DNA from: an uncultured Planctomycetia bacterium
GTDB taxonomy: Bacteria > Omnitrophota > Gorgyraeia > Duberdicusellales > 4484-171
Reading direction: 5' to 3'
Length of the DNA: 32,000 nt
Assembly: GCA_964536865.1 (NCBI GenBank)
Contig: CAZHYN010000007.1
Location: 1 to 32,000, forward strand
Made by a program: the position numbers and the translations under genes. The notes beneath the pieces are model-generated. The model ran no database searches, had not been told where the DNA came from, and was given only the letters and a program-made list of their open reading frames with translations. Shown here in pieces: positions 7,256 to 14,562 of this stretch; positions within the stretch are counted from its first letter, which is position 1; each line of letters opens with the position of its first letter.

Positions 7256-9086
7256 ATATCCTCCTCTTTCTTCTTTTACGTCCACTAGATAAATAGTTAT
7301 AGATATTAACTATAGCAGCAGGAGTTACCCCACTTATCTTTAGAGCTTCTCCTAGAGTGGAAGGTTTAAAGAAATTAAGTTTTTCTACTACCTCACGGGA
7401 AAGAGAAGGAACTTTAGAGAAATCTAAAGAGGAAGGAATCTTTATCTTATCTATATTAGTAAGGTTTTTAATCTGAGCTAATTCTCTTTTTATAAACCCC
7501 TCATACTTTACATTTATCTCAACTTCTCTTCCTAAAACTCCTTGGGGCACCTCATTATCTATGTAAGATTTAAGGTGGGAAAGCTCAATATTTGGCCTCT
7601 TAAGGATTTCAAAAAGAGAGGATTTCTTCTGTTTATCAAAAACAACTTTTATACTCTTTAACTTTTTTATCTGCTCCTCTATTTTTTTGTTTTTTTCTTT
7701 AACTTTCTCATAAACTGTCTTATCTACTATTCCTAAGTGGTAAGCTAAAGGAGTTAATCTTATATCAGCATTACTTTCTCGAAGAGTTAATCGAAATTCT
7801 GCCCGAGAAGTAAACATCCGATAGGGTTCATCTACTCCCTTTGTAGTTAAATCATCAATTAGTACGCCTAACATCGCTTGATCTCTCCTTAATATAAAAG
7901 GCCTTTCTCTCTTTACTTTTAGTGCAGCATTTATTCCAGCAATTGCTCCTTGAGCTGCTGCCTCTTCATACCCAGTGGTACCGTTTACTTGGCCAGCAAA
8001 AAATAACCCTCTAATCAGTTTAGACTCTAAAGTAGAATAAAGCTGTTCAGGAGAAATTAATCCGTGTTCGATACCATATCCAGGTCTTAATATCTCTGCC
8101 TCTTCTAATCCAGGAATAGTGTGGATAAAATCTCTTTGAACATCGAAAGGTAAAGATGTGGAAATTCCATTGGGATAGACCTCCAGAGATTCCCATCCTT
8201 CGGGCTCAATAAAAATCTGATGCTTCTCTTTTTGAGGAAATTTGACAATCTTGTCCTCCAAAGAAGGACAATAGCGCACTCCTTTTGCTTTAATTTTTCC
8301 TGTATAGAGAGGAGAGCGATCTAAATTTTTTAGAATTACTTTATGGGTTTTTTCGTTAGTATAGGTGATAAAGCAGCTGAGTTGATTCTTTGGCGTAGAC
8401 TCATTATCAAATGAAAAAGGCTCAACGTCGTACTGGGGAGGTTGCTCTATCATTTTAGAAAAATCAACAGTTCTTTTATCCAACCGAGCACAAGTACCTG
8501 TCTTAAAATGTTTCACTTCAAATCCCAACCTCTTTATATCTTTGAAAAGCTCATCACTAGAAAGTTCTCCCAAACGCCCACCAGAAAAACTACTTAGACC
8601 GATATGAAGTTTACTATTTAGAAAGGTTCCCGCACAAATTATTATAGCATCGGCATAGAAAGCTTCATCAAAGTTGGTAACTACACCTTTTACTTTTCTG
8701 TTACTAACAAGAATTCTATCTACTTTCGCTTCTAAAATTTTTATGTTTTTCTGAGACTCCAGAAATAGGCGTGCCACTTTAGGGTATAAGAATCTATCTA
8801 CTTGAGCCCTTGTTGCCCATACCGCTTTACCTTTACTCTTATTTAAACACCTATATCCTACAGCACAGGTGTCTGCTATTTTAGCAATAAGACCTCCTAA
8901 AGCATCTACCTCCTTCACCAAGGTCCCTTTAGAAACTCCTCCTACAGCAGGGTTGCAGGAAAGTTTACCAATACTATCCAAACTTAAAGTTAGAAGAAGT
9001 GTAGAAACTCCTAACTTGGAAGCAAACCAGGTAGCTTCAATCCCTGCGTGTCCTCCTCCTACTACGATTACATCCCACTTTTTCAT
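7245..9086 (-). CDS. mnmG: tRNA uridine-5-carboxymethylaminomethyl modification enzyme MnmG (GidA)
   Basis: 613 aa. FAD motif VIVVGGGHAGIEA, then PSLEDKI and GQxNGTTGYEEAAAQG motifs. Full-length MnmG architecture. Confidence 0.95.
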   Translation of the reverse strand: MKKWDVIVVGGGHAGIEATWFASKLGVSTLLLTLSLDSIGKLSCNPAVGGVSKGTLVKEVDALGGLIAKIADTCAVGYRCLNKSKGKAVWATRAQVDRFLYPKVARLFLESQKNIKILEAKVDRILVSNRKVKGVVTNFDEAFYADAIIICAGTFLNSKLHIGLSSFSGGRLGELSSDELFKDIKRLGFEVKHFKTGTCARLDKRTVDFSKMIEQPPQYDVEPFSFDNESTPKNQLSCFITYTNEKTHKVILKNLDRSPLYTGKIKAKGVRYCPSLEDKIVKFPQKEKHQIFIEPEGWESLEVYPNGISTSLPFDVQRDFIHTIPGLEEAEILRPGYGIEHGLISPEQLYSTLESKLIRGLFFAGQVNGTTGYEEAAAQGAIAGINAALKVKRERPFILRRDQAMLGVLIDDLTTKGVDEPYRMFTSRAEFRLTLRESNADIRLTPLAYHLGIVDKTVYEKVKEKNKKIEEQIKKLKSIKVVFDKQKKSSLFEILKRPNIELSHLKSYIDNEVPQGVLGREVEINVKYEGFIKRELAQIKNLTNIDKIKIPSSLDFSKVPSLSREVVEKLNFFKPSTLGEALKISGVTPAAIVNIYNYLSSGRKRRKRRIYES

Positions 9087-9089
9087 CCT

Positions 9090-10106
9090 TTATAAGCCTA
9101 TTCCCTCTATTTTTGTTTTACAAAATTTACATCTACCTTCTACTAAGTTATACTCTTCTATAAAGAATCCTACTCTTTTTATTAAAAGTTTTCCGCAGCT
9201 GTAACAGTAAGTATTTTCTCCATAATCAGTATAGATATTACCAATATAAACGTAGCGTAACCCTTTGGATTTACCAATGTTATAAGCTTTTTCTAATGTT
9301 TGCAAAGGAGTAGGATAACTATTAGTAAATTTATAATCAGGATGAAAACAAGAAATATGCCAAGGGATATCTCTACCTACCGAAGCAATGAAGGAAGCAA
9401 TATCAGAAAGCTCTTGAGGAGAATCATTTAACTTAGGAATTATCAATGTAGTAACCTCTACCCATATTCCTAACTTCTTCATTAACTCGATATTCTCTAA
9501 CACAGGTAAAAGCCTCCCTTTACACATTTTTCTATAAAAAGAATCACTGAATGATTTTAGGTCTACGTTAGCTGCATCTAAATAAGGAGCAATGTATTCT
9601 AAAGCTTCTTTACTTATAAATCCATTGGTCACGAAATTATTATAAAGTCCTTCTTGTTTTGCTAATTTCGCACAATCATAGGCAAACTCAAAAAAAACTG
9701 TAGGTTCAGTATAAGTATAAGAAATGCTTCTACAATTCGCCTGAAGAGCTTTCCTTACAATCTCTTGAGGAGCAACTTCCACTCCTTTTATCCGTAAATG
9801 GTCTGCCTCTTCTTTTTGAGAAATTTCCCAATTTTGGCAAAACTCACATTTAAAATTACACCCTGCACTAGCAATAGAGTAAGCATAAGAACCAGGGAAA
9901 AAATGATAAAGTGGTTTTTTCTCAATAGGATCTATATTTTGAGCTACCAGGTTACCATAGGTCAATGTATACAGAGTACCTCCTTTATTTCTACGTACAC
10001 CACATAAACCATAGCTTCCATCTTTTACCTTACATCGATGATTACAGAGAAAACATTCTACTAGATTGTCTTTTACTTTATTATAAAATAAAGCCTCTTT
10101 CACCAT
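9090..10106 (-). CDS. amrS: AmmeMemoRadiSam-system radical SAM enzyme
   Basis: 338 aa. N-terminal Cys cluster CFLCNHRCKV...GLCGVRRN, radical SAM CNFKCEFCQN (CX3CX2C), and C-terminal CYSCG...CKFCKTKIEG zinc ribbon. This combination is characteristic of the family. Confidence 0.85.
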   Translation of the reverse strand: MVKEALFYNKVKDNLVECFLCNHRCKVKDGSYGLCGVRRNKGGTLYTLTYGNLVAQNIDPIEKKPLYHFFPGSYAYSIASAGCNFKCEFCQNWEISQKEEADHLRIKGVEVAPQEIVRKALQANCRSISYTYTEPTVFFEFAYDCAKLAKQEGLYNNFVTNGFISKEALEYIAPYLDAANVDLKSFSDSFYRKMCKGRLLPVLENIELMKKLGIWVEVTTLIIPKLNDSPQELSDIASFIASVGRDIPWHISCFHPDYKFTNSYPTPLQTLEKAYNIGKSKGLRYVYIGNIYTDYGENTYCYSCGKLLIKRVGFFIEEYNLVEGRCKFCKTKIEGIGL

Positions 10107-10492
10107 TCCCAGACCTTTTTTGCTTTTCTATATATCTTTTTACTTATCTGCGAAGCAAAAATAGCTTCTGATTCTTTATTTTGAGTATTTACCACTTTTA
10201 CCTTTATTATACTGCGAGTGTCTCCTAAAGGTGTAATCCATATTTTAATTTCTTTGTTCGGCATAGAAGCTTCTATTACTCCCTCTTCTCTTTCCTTCTT
10301 CATTATTTCTGCCCCCAGCTTCCTTAATGTAATCAAGGATATATACCACAGAGAATTGTTATCCACATCTATCTCATTAGCGATAATTCCTTCTTTCTCT
10401 AAATGAGTAATACCTTCTGAACCTAAAAGAAAAGGGATACTCATACAAGCTGGGCCTAAAAGAAGAAGGATAATAAATAAGAGTATTTTCAT
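10100..10492 (-). CDS. Small lipoprotein, function unknown
   Basis: 130 aa. Signal peptide with lipobox LLGPAC. Its stop overlaps the amrS start (ATGGTGA). No family recognised by eye. Confidence 0.7.
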   Translation of the reverse strand: MKILLFIILLLLGPACMSIPFLLGSEGITHLEKEGIIANEIDVDNNSLWYISLITLRKLGAEIMKKEREEGVIEASMPNKEIKIWITPLGDTRSIIKVKVVNTQNKESEAIFASQISKKIYRKAKKVWEW

Positions 10493-10500
10493 TACTCTAA

Positions 10501-10529
10501 ATTATATAATTGATTTTACTATAATTCAA
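10501..10529 (-). promoter_or_regulatory. Putative promoter of the lipoprotein-amrS-mnmG-UPF0016 operon (leaderless geometry)
   Basis: Minus strand reads TTGAAT (10529-10524), a 17-nt spacer, then TATAAT (10506-10501). Only 8 nt (ttagagta) follow before the ATG at 10492, and there is no SD. Confidence 0.45.
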
Positions 10530-10538
10530 TGTTAATAT
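10510..10538 (+). promoter_or_regulatory. Putative promoter of the membrane protein / ParA-CBM48 operon
   Basis: TTGATT (10510-10515), a 17-nt spacer, then TAATAT (10533-10538). The ATG at 10549 is 10 nt downstream and has no SD. It overlaps the divergent promoter. Confidence 0.35.
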
Positions 10539-10548
10539 ATAAAATGGA

Positions 10549-11238
10549 ATGCAAGAAAATCCTTCAAATAACAAAAAATTTCCTCCGTTTTCTCCATTAG
10601 ATATAAAAAGGTTAGAAAACACCTTCTTTGATGAGTCTAAAAAAAGCAAAAAGCGGAAGCCTCTGCCCAACCTCCTTAAGTATCTAATTATCATAGGCCT
10701 TTTAGGAGGAGGATATTTTTTGTTTTCTCGGTATACTCTTGTTATCGTTCCTAAAATTAAACATCCCACCAAGAGTCTCTTGAGCAATAAGTTATTAAAT
10801 TCTATAAATCTTCTAAGCAAGGAGAAAAAAATTAAGTTTTCACAAGGGATAATTTATCTACCTCTTTTCCCTAAGAAAAATGAGGGATTTATCCTCAACA
10901 CAAAAACCTTCGTAGATCTTAATAAATATAATTTAGAGATAATAATAAGCTTCATAGATAAAGAAATAAAGAATAATAACTTAACTCTCTCAGTAGTAGT
11001 AAGAGACAAAAAGTATTTTTCCAATGCCTTAACTCCTTTAGAAGTAGTGCTAGGAAACAATAATTCCTCTTATCATCATTCTTTTCTAAAAATTATCATT
11101 GATTTTAAACAAATCGAATTTCCTCTCCTTAATCTCTCTCAAATAAATCAAATTAGATTTTCTTTCTATAATTATAGAGAAAAACCTATCTCTCTTCTAA
11201 TAAAAGATATAGTTTTGGCAGAAAAGGGGGCAAGATGA
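10549..11238 (+). CDS. Single-pass membrane protein, function unknown (basic cytoplasmic N-tail, about 150-aa external domain)
   Basis: 229 aa. N-terminal 42 residues end in KKSKKRK, followed by TM LLKYLIIIGLLGGGYFLF and then a beta-rich, Asn/Ile/Lys-rich region. Its stop overlaps the ParA-like start (ATGA at 11235-11238). No family recognised. Confidence 0.6.
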   Translation: MQENPSNNKKFPPFSPLDIKRLENTFFDESKKSKKRKPLPNLLKYLIIIGLLGGGYFLFSRYTLVIVPKIKHPTKSLLSNKLLNSINLLSKEKKIKFSQGIIYLPLFPKKNEGFILNTKTFVDLNKYNLEIIISFIDKEIKNNNLTLSVVVRDKKYFSNALTPLEVVLGNNNSSYHHSFLKIIIDFKQIEFPLLNLSQINQIRFSFYNYREKPISLLIKDIVLAEKGAR

Positions 11239-12257
11239 AGGTAATTTCTATTTTAAATCAAAAAGGCGGATGTAGTAAAACCACCACTGCAGTAAACCTA
11301 TCCTGTGCTTTAGCTAAGAATAACTATCCTACTTTAGTAATAGACTTTGACCCTCAAGCACATACTACTTTTTCTCTAGGTATATCTTCTACTAAAGGAG
11401 TATATGAAGTGGTAGAGAACTTTCTTGCTCAAAAAAATATTCAGTGGGAAGAGTATATCGTAAAAAGAGATGAAAATTTATCTGTTCTTCCTGCTAGTAT
11501 TGGATTAACCTCTATGGAGCACAAATTAGCTGAAAGGGAAGATAAGTTATTTATTCTCTATAAGATACTTAACTCTTTTCCTCTTCCTTATCAGTATTGC
11601 ATAGTTGACTGCCCTCCTAACTTAGGACTTCTCTCTCTAAATGCCTTAGTGGGAGCAAATTTTCTTATTATTCCTTTCACAGTATGTGATCTATCTCTAC
11701 AGGGAGTTATTATATTGAATCAAATCATAGATATGATGAGAAAAAATTTTCCTATTCATCATGATATTTTTTATCTTTTAACCCAGTATAATCGACGCTT
11801 CCATCATTCTAAACAATTCTTAGAAAAAGTAAGAAACATCTTAAAGGATAAACTTCTTAAAACTGTGATTCGCACTAACGTAGCTTTGAAAGAAGCTTCG
11901 TCTTTAGGGAAAAGCATTTTTGAACATAAACCCCGCTCCCGAGGAGCGTGTGACTATCAGAATCTTGCTCAAGAGATAATAAACTTAACACAAGAAGTTG
12001 AATGGGCAAATTTCTTTTTTAAAGGAAGTAACTTTAGAGAAATCTATGTAGTGGGTGATTTTAATAAATGGCAAAAAGACGAAAAATTTCGAATGAAAAA
12101 AATAGATTGGGAAACCTGGTCAATAAGTGTCCCCTTAAGGAAAGGAAAATATCACTATAAGTTTTTTGCTGATCAAACCTGGTTAAAAGACCCTTTCAAC
12201 GTTCATGAAGAAGATGATTCTTTTGGAGGAAAAAATTCTGTGTTAGTCATAAAATAA
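11235..12257 (+). CDS. ParA/Soj-family P-loop ATPase fused to a C-terminal CBM48 / AMPK-beta glycogen-binding-like domain
   Basis: 340 aa. Residues 1-250 have the deviant Walker A NQKGGCSKTT, then VIDFDPQ and Walker B IVDCPPNL, and are Soj-like throughout. Residues about 256-340 (nt 12000-12254) read REIYVVGDFNKW...GKYHYKFFADQTWLKDPFN...GGKNSVLVIK. This aligns with the AMPK beta GBD (EVYLSGSFNNW...HQYKFFVDGQWTHDP...NNIIQV). Confidence 0.8.
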   Translation: MKVISILNQKGGCSKTTTAVNLSCALAKNNYPTLVIDFDPQAHTTFSLGISSTKGVYEVVENFLAQKNIQWEEYIVKRDENLSVLPASIGLTSMEHKLAEREDKLFILYKILNSFPLPYQYCIVDCPPNLGLLSLNALVGANFLIIPFTVCDLSLQGVIILNQIIDMMRKNFPIHHDIFYLLTQYNRRFHHSKQFLEKVRNILKDKLLKTVIRTNVALKEASSLGKSIFEHKPRSRGACDYQNLAQEIINLTQEVEWANFFFKGSNFREIYVVGDFNKWQKDEKFRMKKIDWETWSISVPLRKGKYHYKFFADQTWLKDPFNVHEEDDSFGGKNSVLVIK

Positions 12258-12470
12258 GCTACTTCTCCTTATCCAATTTATTTCTATAAATTCCAGCGAG
12301 CAGAATTACCTAATGCCCAAAAAGGAAGCAAGGAAATTAAACCCAAAATTTGCATTAGAAAATACATAAACATTTCTATCTATTCAAATCCATAGAGTTA
12401 TGTGATAACTCTTTGAACCAAAAAAGTACAATACAAATCACAGCCCATTTTTAATGGGCTGGACCTTCGG

Positions 12471-12574
12471 CAGCCCTAATTTTACGAAGGAAGCAAATTT
12501 ATTATATTAGGAGTTTGTTATATAGTCTGTTTATTTTATTCAAAAAATCAATGGTTCCAGTAAAATTAGGGCTG
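12471..12574. repeat. Perfect 15-bp inverted repeat flanking a 74-bp AT-rich core
   Basis: cagccctaattttac (12471-12485) is the exact reverse complement of gtaaaattagggctg (12560-12574). The right arm overlaps the 5' half of the 12568-12589 hairpin. Confidence 0.85.
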
Positions 12575-12598
12575 GGTTAACCCAGCCCTTTATTTCTA
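12568..12598 (+). terminator. Candidate intrinsic terminator (palindromic, could act on either strand)
   Basis: Perfect 9-bp GC-rich stem agggctggg/cccagccct with a ttaa loop (12568-12589), followed by ttatttct. It lies 311 nt after the ParA-like stop. Confidence 0.5.
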
Positions 12599-12624
12599 CG
12601 AATGAATTTCTTCTTATGAAGAAT

Positions 12625-12666
12625 AAAGGGCTGCCCTTTGGGCGGATTTTGCTAATGCAAAATCCG
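12625..12666 (-). terminator. Candidate terminator hairpins downstream of the ACT-domain gene
   Basis: 10-bp perfect stem cggattttgc/gcaaaatccg (12643-12666) starts 19 nt after the ACT gene stop. It is followed on the minus strand by a second hairpin AAAGGG-CAG-CCCTTT (12639-12625) and then ATTCTTCAT. The U-tract is weak. Confidence 0.4.
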
Positions 12667-12684
12667 GGTTAAATCTCATCTAAT

Positions 12685-13083
12685 CTATGCCGAAAGAAGA
12701 TCTACCACTTTCTCATTGTTATCTGAGGAAAAAACAAGTATAGCATTCTCTTGAGGAGCAGCAGTTGTTCCATAGATATAATTTAGATCGATTCCAGCAT
12801 TTTTTATCTTAGAAGCGAAATTATAGAGCTCACCTACCTTATCAGGAAGTTCAACAATCACTACTTCTTTTTTCTCTAAACTATAGTTGTTTGCCTCAAG
12901 AATCTCTTTAGTCTTTGTATTATCTGAGGTAACAATTCTAAAAAAAGCTTTATTATCCACTACATAAGCACAGATAGCACGGATATTTACCCCACTTTCC
13001 GAGATTGATTTACAGATCTCCTCAAGCAAACCTACCTTGTTAGGAGCAGTTAGAAAAATTTCTTCACCTTTTACCACTTTCAT
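12685..13083 (-). CDS. Stand-alone tandem ACT-domain protein
   Basis: 132 aa. Two beta-alpha-beta-beta-alpha-beta repeats, each opening with the ACT-type DxxG/NKxG pattern (APNKVGLLEEI... and LPDKVGELYNF...). AGGAGG SD upstream. Confidence 0.7.
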   Translation of the reverse strand: MKVVKGEEIFLTAPNKVGLLEEICKSISESGVNIRAICAYVVDNKAFFRIVTSDNTKTKEILEANNYSLEKKEVVIVELPDKVGELYNFASKIKNAGIDLNYIYGTTAAPQENAILVFSSDNNEKVVDLLSA

Positions 13084-13163
13084 CTCTCACCTCCTTACTA
13101 TGCCTATCATGAGGCTCTCTTTGCTACAGACAAGTCACTTTTTCTTGTTACCCTTCCTCTTCC

Positions 13164-13463
13164 TTAAATATCTAAGAATTTTTTTGCTTCTTTTCGAGAT
13201 AAAGCTCTTTTAAAATCATCAAAATCTATAAGTTGGAACTGGGGGTTCTCCTTTTTAAGCTTGTCTATTAAAGAGGGATGAACTTTTCTTCTAAATCCTA
13301 TATACCTAAATTGAGTGTGGCAATTAGGACATTCCTTTAGGGGAAGCTTTAATCCTATCTTATGACAAGAGAAACACTCTCCCGATAATTCACCTAACAC
13401 AAAGAGGTGTTTTTCTATATCATCCAAATCTAAAAACTCCCATACTCTCAAGAAACTCTTCAT
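13164..13463 (-). CDS. Small zinc-ribbon protein, function unknown
   Basis: 99 aa. CFSCH...(13 aa)...CPNCH four-ligand motif. Its start overlaps the LOG gene stop (ATGA). No family recognised. Confidence 0.55.
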   Translation of the reverse strand: MKSFLRVWEFLDLDDIEKHLFVLGELSGECFSCHKIGLKLPLKECPNCHTQFRYIGFRRKVHPSLIDKLKKENPQFQLIDFDDFKRALSRKEAKKFLDI

Positions 13464-14116
13464 TTCTTTCTGTAGAATTTCCTTATGGCTTTTAAAACCT
13501 CTTGAGGAGTATCAACAACTTCAAAGAGAGATAAGTCTTTTTTTACGATTGTCCGTTCTTTTAATAAAGTGTTCTTAAGCCAAGTTAACATACCTTTCCA
13601 GTAGTTACTGACTACTAAAATTATAGGAAAGGGATTTATGCGATGAGTCTGAACTAATGCTAAAGCTTCAAAAAGTTCATCTAAAGTTCCATACCCTCCA
13701 GGAAAAACTACAAAAGCTCGAGAGTACTTTGCAAATAATACCTTCCTCACAAAGAAATACTTAAACTCTAAGAGGTAGTTAACGTAACGGTTGGGGACCT
13801 GCTGTTCAGGAATAAGGATATTTAAACCAATAGATTTACCTTTTGCGTGATAAGCTCCTTTATTAGCTGCCTCCATAATTCCTGGACCTGCACCGGTAAT
13901 TATACTATAACCATTTCTGACTAAAAATCTTGCACATCGGTAAGCAAGCTTATAATAAGGGTGAGCAGAAGTCACTCTTTTGGAGCCAAAGAAAGATACT
14001 GCTTTTTTTATACGAGAAAGCCCTTCAAAACCCTCTACAAACTCACTCATTATACGGAATATGCGCCAGGTATCTTGTTTAATAAAATTATTACCGAAAT
14101 TAATTTTGTTATCCAT
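13460..14116 (-). CDS. LOG-family (TIGR00730, lysine-decarboxylase-like) nucleotide N-glycosidase
   Basis: 218 aa. TGAGPGIMEAANKGA and PGGYGTLDELFE signature motifs. Confidence 0.85.
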   Translation of the reverse strand: MDNKINFGNNFIKQDTWRIFRIMSEFVEGFEGLSRIKKAVSFFGSKRVTSAHPYYKLAYRCARFLVRNGYSIITGAGPGIMEAANKGAYHAKGKSIGLNILIPEQQVPNRYVNYLLEFKYFFVRKVLFAKYSRAFVVFPGGYGTLDELFEALALVQTHRINPFPIILVVSNYWKGMLTWLKNTLLKERTIVKKDLSLFEVVDTPQEVLKAIRKFYRKK

Positions 14117-14118
14117 CT

Positions 14119-14448
14119 TTAGATTACTAACTTCTCTGCAATATCGGTTACTATAGGAATTTTACACAACTTGCCAGTTAAAGCAGAGTAGATACCGTAG
14201 AGAGAAAGAGCCAAAAAGATAATCATTCCTAAAACATAGAATATCCCTCCAATCAGAGGAATAAGAGAAAGTACAGCGAAAATAACCTCTCCTATAAAGA
14301 TTACTAAACCATGCTTAGCATGGTAGTGGGTAAAACGGTTGTCTTTCTTTATGAGAAAAGCCAAAATCCATAAAAAAAATACATAAGAAAGTGCAGCTAA
14401 GCCTGCTCCTTCTTTAATCTCTTCTAAACTTAAATCTTCTTTATTCAT
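14119..14448 (-). CDS. Small membrane protein, DUF4870-like
   Basis: 109 aa. Three hydrophobic helices with the conserved-looking KDNRFTHYHAKHGL segment between TM1 and TM2. It ends 2 nt before the LOG start. Confidence 0.6.
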   Translation of the reverse strand: MNKEDLSLEEIKEGAGLAALSYVFFLWILAFLIKKDNRFTHYHAKHGLVIFIGEVIFAVLSLIPLIGGIFYVLGMIIFLALSLYGIYSALTGKLCKIPIVTDIAEKLVI

Positions 14449-14502
14449 CCTTAACCTCCTTCAAACCTCATTTATATTATAGACAATTTACAGTTGATAA
14501 CA

Positions 14503-14540
14503 ATAAAAAATTACCCCCTGGCCTTTAAGAAGCCAGGGGG
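14503..14540 (-). terminator. Rho-independent terminator of the OMP gene
   Basis: Minus strand reads a 9-12 bp GC-rich stem (TTA)CCCCCTGGC-ttcttaaag-GCCAGGGGG(TAA) followed by TTTTTTATT. It starts 22 nt after the stop at 14563. Confidence 0.85.
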
Positions 14541-14562
14541 TAATTAGTTAGCTTGTTAATCC

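Noticed and set aside
7245-7290. Poly-basic C-terminal tails on MnmG (GRKRRKRRIYES) and, at 17676-17715, on PpdK (GKRKIRKRKKRK)
   Set aside because: Both tails are encoded by the purine-rich SD/start region of the next gene, which the reading frame runs through. This is most simply a by-product of gene overlap and compaction rather than a functional signal.
10497-10820. 107-aa minus-strand ORF overlapping the start of the 229-aa plus-strand gene
   Set aside because: It is entirely antisense to a better-supported gene and to the divergent promoter region. It has no SD and a low-complexity composition, so it is a shadow ORF.
12313-12570. Small ORFs in the structured intergenic region (MPKKEARKLNPKFALENT at 12313-12369; MGWTFGSPNFTKEANLLY at 12453-12509; a TTG-initiated hydrophobic 21-mer behind AGGAG near 12510), considered as type I toxin or leader peptides
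   Set aside because: None has a properly spaced SD and start codon; the AGGAG is only 1 nt from the TTG. They are very short and overlap hairpin stems. I cannot support them without conservation or ribosome-profiling data.
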